A DNA stretch of 64,000 bases. It comes from Selaginella moellendorffii. Lineage: Eukaryota; Plantae; Lycopodiophyta. The stretch covers positions 1-64,000 of the forward strand of contig NW_003314450.1 in assembly GCF_000143415.4 (NCBI RefSeq). Reading direction: 5' to 3'. The notes under the pieces were generated by a model. It searched no databases, was not told where the DNA came from, and worked only from the letters and a program-made list of their open reading frames with translations. A program made the position numbers and the translations under genes. Of this stretch, positions 58,620 to 64,000 are shown in pieces. Position 1 is the first letter of the stretch, and the number at the start of each line of letters is the position of its first letter.

Positions 58620-59930
58620 CTCACAAGTCTCACTCAACTCTAGTCCTCCAGAGTTGTGCTGAAAAGAGAAGTTTTCGAGAGAGAGATCACACTCATGAAG
58701 TTGGTTGAACTCTTGTTCGGTCATACAAGTGTCATATGTTGCATCTGTCCCTTCCCATCGCACGTTACTCTTTGATGGCCCTGTTTCGTAGGTCCCTTTC
58801 ATTCTCTCCAACTATCCTTTCTGGACACAGGATTGGACGACCCTCCTTAGTCTCCAATTTTGGTGGAGGAATTCCTTGAGGAGCTAGTCCGTGGCCTCAA
58901 AAATGTGACATTTGAGTCTGCTGAAAGTTTGTTGAGTGTCGTCACTCCAGGAAAATTGGCCTGCTCAAATGATATCCATCAATGGTGGTGTAGTGTTCTA
59001 TAAACTTTCGGAGGTAATTGCAGAATCCCAAGAACACGCGGAGTTGTTTCATTATAGAAGGTGCTGGCCAGTTTCAAATCGCTTCCAATTTTGTTGGATC
59101 TGGTTTCATCTTCCCAGAAGCTAAGGTATTCCACCTTGTGCTTGGTGAATGGACATTTTGCGAGCAGTGGAAAATCCTCCAGCTGCTGTAAGACAGTGTC
59201 CAACTTGTAAAGCATGGAGTTGAAAAGGTTATTCATCATCCCTTGAAAGGTGGTGGGGGCTTTGGTGAGCCCAAATGGCATCAAACTGGTACAAACCACA
59301 ATTGTCAAGGTCAAAACCTACTCGCTGCCGATAAAGGGGCAGGAGTCAATATATAATGGAAAAGGAAAATGTACAGTAAGAATGGCCATAGCCAAGAGCA
59401 AAAAAACGAGAATCAAGTAAACGTAGCCTACCTTCACCTCCTTAGCCAATTAGTCAACTCATAACACTAGTGAGTTTGGAAAGCCATCTTTTTTGATAAT
59501 ATCCCAATCTCAGATCAAACTTAGAGAAATATGCCACCTTGCCAAGCTTGTCAATTAAGTCTTCGATTTTGGGAATCAGAAATTTACCTTTGATTGTCAC
59601 TGTATTCCACCCTCGGTAGTCCACACATAAATGCCAGGAACATTGAGTACAAGGAAGATTGGTCCTCGATGGTTCATGAGCTCCTTTATCATCCCATCCA
59701 CCTCTTCATGGCTGAGCCTCACAAATAGCTTGCAAACAAATGTGGTGTATGACTCCTGTTGAAGTGCTGGCCTCATGTCATGTAGGAGTCATGAACCTGA
59801 GTGAAGTTCTTATTCCACGGCCAACTTAAACGGAATATTCTGCCTCTAATACCATGTTAGAGCCTTAAAAAACTCTTCTGGCTCTGCTTATGGGAGGATT
59901 GGTCGTTTGCTTGGGCCACAGCTTCTAACA
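58620..59930 (-). mobile_element. Heavily deleted Ty3/gypsy chromovirus remnant
   Basis: 76-bp TGTTAGA..TCTAACA unit at 59855-59930; PBS-like tggtattagag at 59854-59844; RT motifs MPFGLTKAPTTFQGMMN and FLGFCNY; chromodomain-like VRWEGTDATYDT. Confidence 0.7.
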
Positions 59931-60479
59931 TATAGCAATCAATGTGGCAGCCAATCAAACAATAAACCTTCATTGTATTTTGAGGCATCATATGTGCCAC
60001 AAGGGTTAACAGTAGTGCTAGCAAACGAAATCACTGCATAAGTATTTGGTGTAGGCTAAGCTCTACCTTGTTTTCTTAAGAAAGCTTAATGAAGGTGGGC
60101 ATCCATCTCTTGCAAAGCCTGATGCCACAATATGTCAAACAGTTTACTGTATCTACTATATCTAATGCAGAAGGGTCTTCAAAGGTTATAAAAACCAGTG
60201 AGATTATCAATATGAATAGATTTTTTCTTGCTCTTGTGGTGCATGCTCAAAAATGCACTTTGATTAAGAATGGTGATGTCTGGGGAGGGGGATTGAGAAA
60301 GAGTTTAAGAATCCATAAATAAATGGCTAATAACCCATTACTTGTCCAATGAGTTGTTAAATTCAAGTATGATTAAGTAAAAACTAATATGATAGGTGAG
60401 AACTTTGGAGAGGGAATTTAATTGAGACCAAAGCAAAGATGGTTGGATAGACAAAGTAAGTTAATATATTGGAAAGGAA

Positions 60480-62790
60480 AATTTATAACTTATACAAATC
60501 TAGACAAATAGGCAATATAACTAAACTGGACTAACACATACGAAAGTCTCTTGGAAAACATAGTAAACTAATATTTAGCAAATATTGAGGGATTAAACTC
60601 AATATCATAAGGGTTCTTAACACTAAAAAGTGCAAGCCAATAACATAAATTTATTATCACTATCTCAAGTATACTTGACTAAATGATAACTTCCTTAGTG
60701 CCTTTTTAGTTTAAGTGCACATGTGTTGATAAGAAGATTAAAAGGACTCATTGATAGATAACTTTTGATACCTACAATTACATTTGTGATAAGCATATAC
60801 TTATTAGTAATTTGTAATGCTATAACAACTGTTTATACATAATAAAAAAATATATTAACAAATCAATCCTTATATTGACTACAAAAAAAGCATGAGAAAA
60901 ATAATTCATCTCTTCTTCCTCATAATTTATATTAGCCAATTCATCAACCATTTCAGCTTCACCACTACTATCCTCCTTTATAACACTAATACAAGATCTT
61001 ATTTTATACTTGTTAAGACATTCTAATGACTTATGTCCTACCTCTCTATAATGGAAGTAATGACTCACACAATAAGTTTCACTAAGAGCAAACTTTATAA
61101 ATTGTTATTGCTTAAACCAATTAAAAGGAGGAGTAGAAGGATTAAGACCAGATGAAGCAATTGGTGGATGCCAACAACCATTTTTATTAACTATTGCTTG
61201 TAAACTGAAATTTCCCTTCCACACTTTCACTTTGTTTATTTTTAGAATTTAGAATTATTGATATTATTTCATGAACAACTGACTAAAGGCAACTTGTTAG
61301 CTTGCCTCTTCAAAATCTTATTGCAAAAAATTGAACCTAAATTTTTTATGAATTAACTCTTGACATCTTTATTACTTATATTTGTAATCATAATGTATTT
61401 ATGAGCAAATGTGTTGATTTAGTATATAAGGTCCTCATGCTACTTTAATTATCACAGCTCTACATGAAGATCCAATAAATATTCCTTATGAATACGAGTT
61501 CATATCTTAGTCTAACTTCTAATTTACCCTTTTACAATTTAGTACCACCAAGTTTTGGTATGATCAATGAAGAAAAACTATATATACACCTTTATATAAT
61601 CATCTATGTTTACCACTATTAAGTAGTTTTTCATATTATACTCAATCTTCCAAAACTTGATAGTCCTCTATATTTATGAAGTTTGGGTGGTTTTGGGGAC
61701 TTTAATTTTTAAATTTGTTTAAATTGAAGGTGGTTGCAAAACTTTATTATCCTTAAAACTTGAAAAAAAAGTCTAGTTACTTAGGTCCATTTATTTATTT
61801 GTCTCTACTTCTTTCTTTCTTTTTTTTTTGTTCTCCTTCTTTACTTGTGAACTTTTTTTTGTAAATTCTTAATCTCAATTAAGAGTTTCTTCCTCTTGAT
61901 TTGCTTATTTAAAGGTTTTAGAGTCATTAGCATAGTTTTGTTTTGTCATCTATGTCTTTATCAATAAAAAAAATATGTATACAACATTTTTACTAATGGT
62001 ATAATTGAAATTGCTAAGACAATTCCTCTAATACCAAATGTATCACACCTAAATTTGTAGTTAAACTTCAAGCCTATTGCACTACATAACAAGGGAGTAC
62101 ACACTTAAATATATTATAAACACTATTTAGCCCTTACATGCAAAATGGTGTCATATAATTTTAACATACAACATAAGGAGGTAAGTATCCCATTGACTAT
62201 CATGGGATGGAATTTGGTCTTAGACTTAAATTGAATATATAAAGAACAATGTAGCCCAGTGGGCTAAATTAATATTTTATGTGATTGGCTATGTTTCTAA
62301 CCATTATCTTTATTAAACATTTGAAACCCCTTGTTAGATTGTGAATTTAAATATGGAAATAACACTATGGCATTCAAAATACTCTCTACATTTTGAAGAT
62401 ATGCTTCTTTAGCAAATCTAAGCACTTTCTATAAATACATGATAAGACTGAAATATAACCAATATATGAGCAGTAGACATAGTAAGATATTATTTAATAA
62501 TATTGAAGGACTAAACTCAATATTGTAAGGGTTTTAAACACTAGTTAATGCAAGCCAACAAATGAATTCCTCTAACCATGTCAAGTATGTTTGATTAATA
62601 TCATTTAAAAATTCCATCTTTAGTCAAGTATACATGGCTAACTTGGGTAAAAACTAACAAAGGAAACCAAGAGTATCCACCTCATGCCATCATGCTAGTA
62701 AAGAGAGAATGTCCAAAAGGACTAACTAATAAATATTTTTCAATGCCCAAAATTATATTTACAATAACTAATATGCCACACTCCAACATA
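60480..62790 (-). mobile_element. Decayed LTR retroelement family B (LTR, PBS, gag)
   Basis: PBS-like site at 62036-62026; eroded zinc knuckle YFHYREVGHKSLEC; diverged direct repeats ~60490-60810 and ~62410-62780. Confidence 0.65.
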
Positions 62791-63135
62791 TAATTAAAAG
62801 ACTTCACCTTTTCTACTACTTCATATTACAAAAATATTGTAAAAAGTGTTTTTCATTCAATTATATAGGTTGAAATCATTGTATTATAAGACACTACAGC
62901 ATGCAATTGTATCCAGTCACCAAGTTTAGAGCTTAACCATTACAAGCATACAAAGCAAGCATCATGGAAAAATTACTAGAGCATTATGGAGTCTGATACA
63001 TAGTCAATAGAAATTATGATATTTATTATATTATAGAAACAATTATAATGACTCAAAAGTAGTGGAGTAATGTGACTATTTGGATGTTCTCTAAGATGAC
63101 AACACCAAAGAGAGAATAAAAAATTAAGTGAACAA

Positions 63136-64000
63136 TTATGAGAGATGAATACAACCTAGTGGTATCTCCCAAACTAGGGTGACGTCGAGTTGCGGCTTAT
63201 CAAGCCTCTTGGGGACAGGCCTTTCGACCTGTTTCTGGCACTCTTTCGCAAGGAAAAAGCCATTACCGACCATCTTAGGCAAGCTGGGGCATGCCCTCAA
63301 TTCTCGATAAACATCCACCTCTATAGTGAACGAGTTCCGGAACATCTGCTTGAGAGCCAGCGGCTCCTCACTAACACCACGCTGTAAACGGCAGCTGGCG
63401 ACATGTAAAGCTGCTGAACGATTTGTAAACTAAAGCGCCCCGTGGAAGATGAGAAATCGGCTGTAGATAGAGGGCCAAGGTAACCCCATACCTGGAAGGG
63501 TTCCTTTCTCTTGCCCAGTCCCGGTCTCTGTTGCCCAAGGTCAGACTGTCCTCCATGGACTATGAGAGTCGAAGGCACTACAACAAAAACCTGGGCAATC
63601 TGTTGAATAGGCAGCGGCAGCGGCTGCCGACGTAACCAGATCGCTCCTCGCTCCTCTGGAAGAAGACCTTCATAGGGTTTTACAGAAAGGAAGCAGTTTG
63701 GAGAGGGCTGTCAAGCCAATTCGCCTCCCGAAGGATTTCATGAAAATGTAGCGTAGGCACTGTCAACATGAAATACCATCAACTTATTGCACTGGCGAAA
63801 CTTTCACTTAAAGGTGCTAACGTTATTGAGGCCTCTCTGCAGTTACTACTGTGGAGGCCTCGACCTTTTCCTGAGGAAATATTGGCTGGTGGATGGATTT
63901 TGTAGCGGACAAAGCCGCGGCCATGGAGACGGGCATGAGGCAAAAGCCCTTGCTCTGGAGGAACTGCAGTGCGCTGCCCATGCTCTCGTCCATGAGCCGA
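63136..64000 (-). pseudogene. Atypical protein-kinase gene remnant (N-lobe), continuing beyond the window
   Basis: LQIVQQLYMSPAAVY, frameshift, then RGVSEEPLALKQMFRNSFTIEVDVYRELRACPSLPKMVG (subdomains I-IV-like). Stops upstream. Confidence 0.5.

Overview
Eukaryotic plant DNA, not prokaryotic. Very short GT-AG introns (mostly ~50-65 bp), tightly packed genes and the gene content suggest a lycophyte such as Selaginella (inference). 1-26.8 kb is a nested transposon graveyard. It holds a spliced Mutator-like transposase pseudogene (GCM-like N-terminus, DDE core, SWIM finger) and a decayed Ty3/gypsy pol. It also holds several copies of a satellite-bearing ~1.7 kb LTR family, a 512-bp solo LTR and AT-rich decayed retroelements. 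The youngest copy of that LTR family (12121-18975) has a PBS and PPT but no gag-pol; it carries what reads as a fossil antisense LINE ORF2. 28.5-56.3 kb is a dense gene island: NPF7-like transporter, 2-ODD, COX6B, PSKR-like LRR-RLK, TRFL Myb, QSOX, NSP2-like GRAS, alliinase/TAR aminotransferase, PPI/Bfr1-like coiled-coil, an orphan NLS protein, a frameshifted signal-peptide PEBP, a C2-domain protein and DRT111/SPF45. 57-64 kb returns to pseudogenes (atypical kinase fragments, a deleted copy of the orphan gene) and decayed LTR retroelements. All family assignments come from motif recognition by eye; no searches were run.
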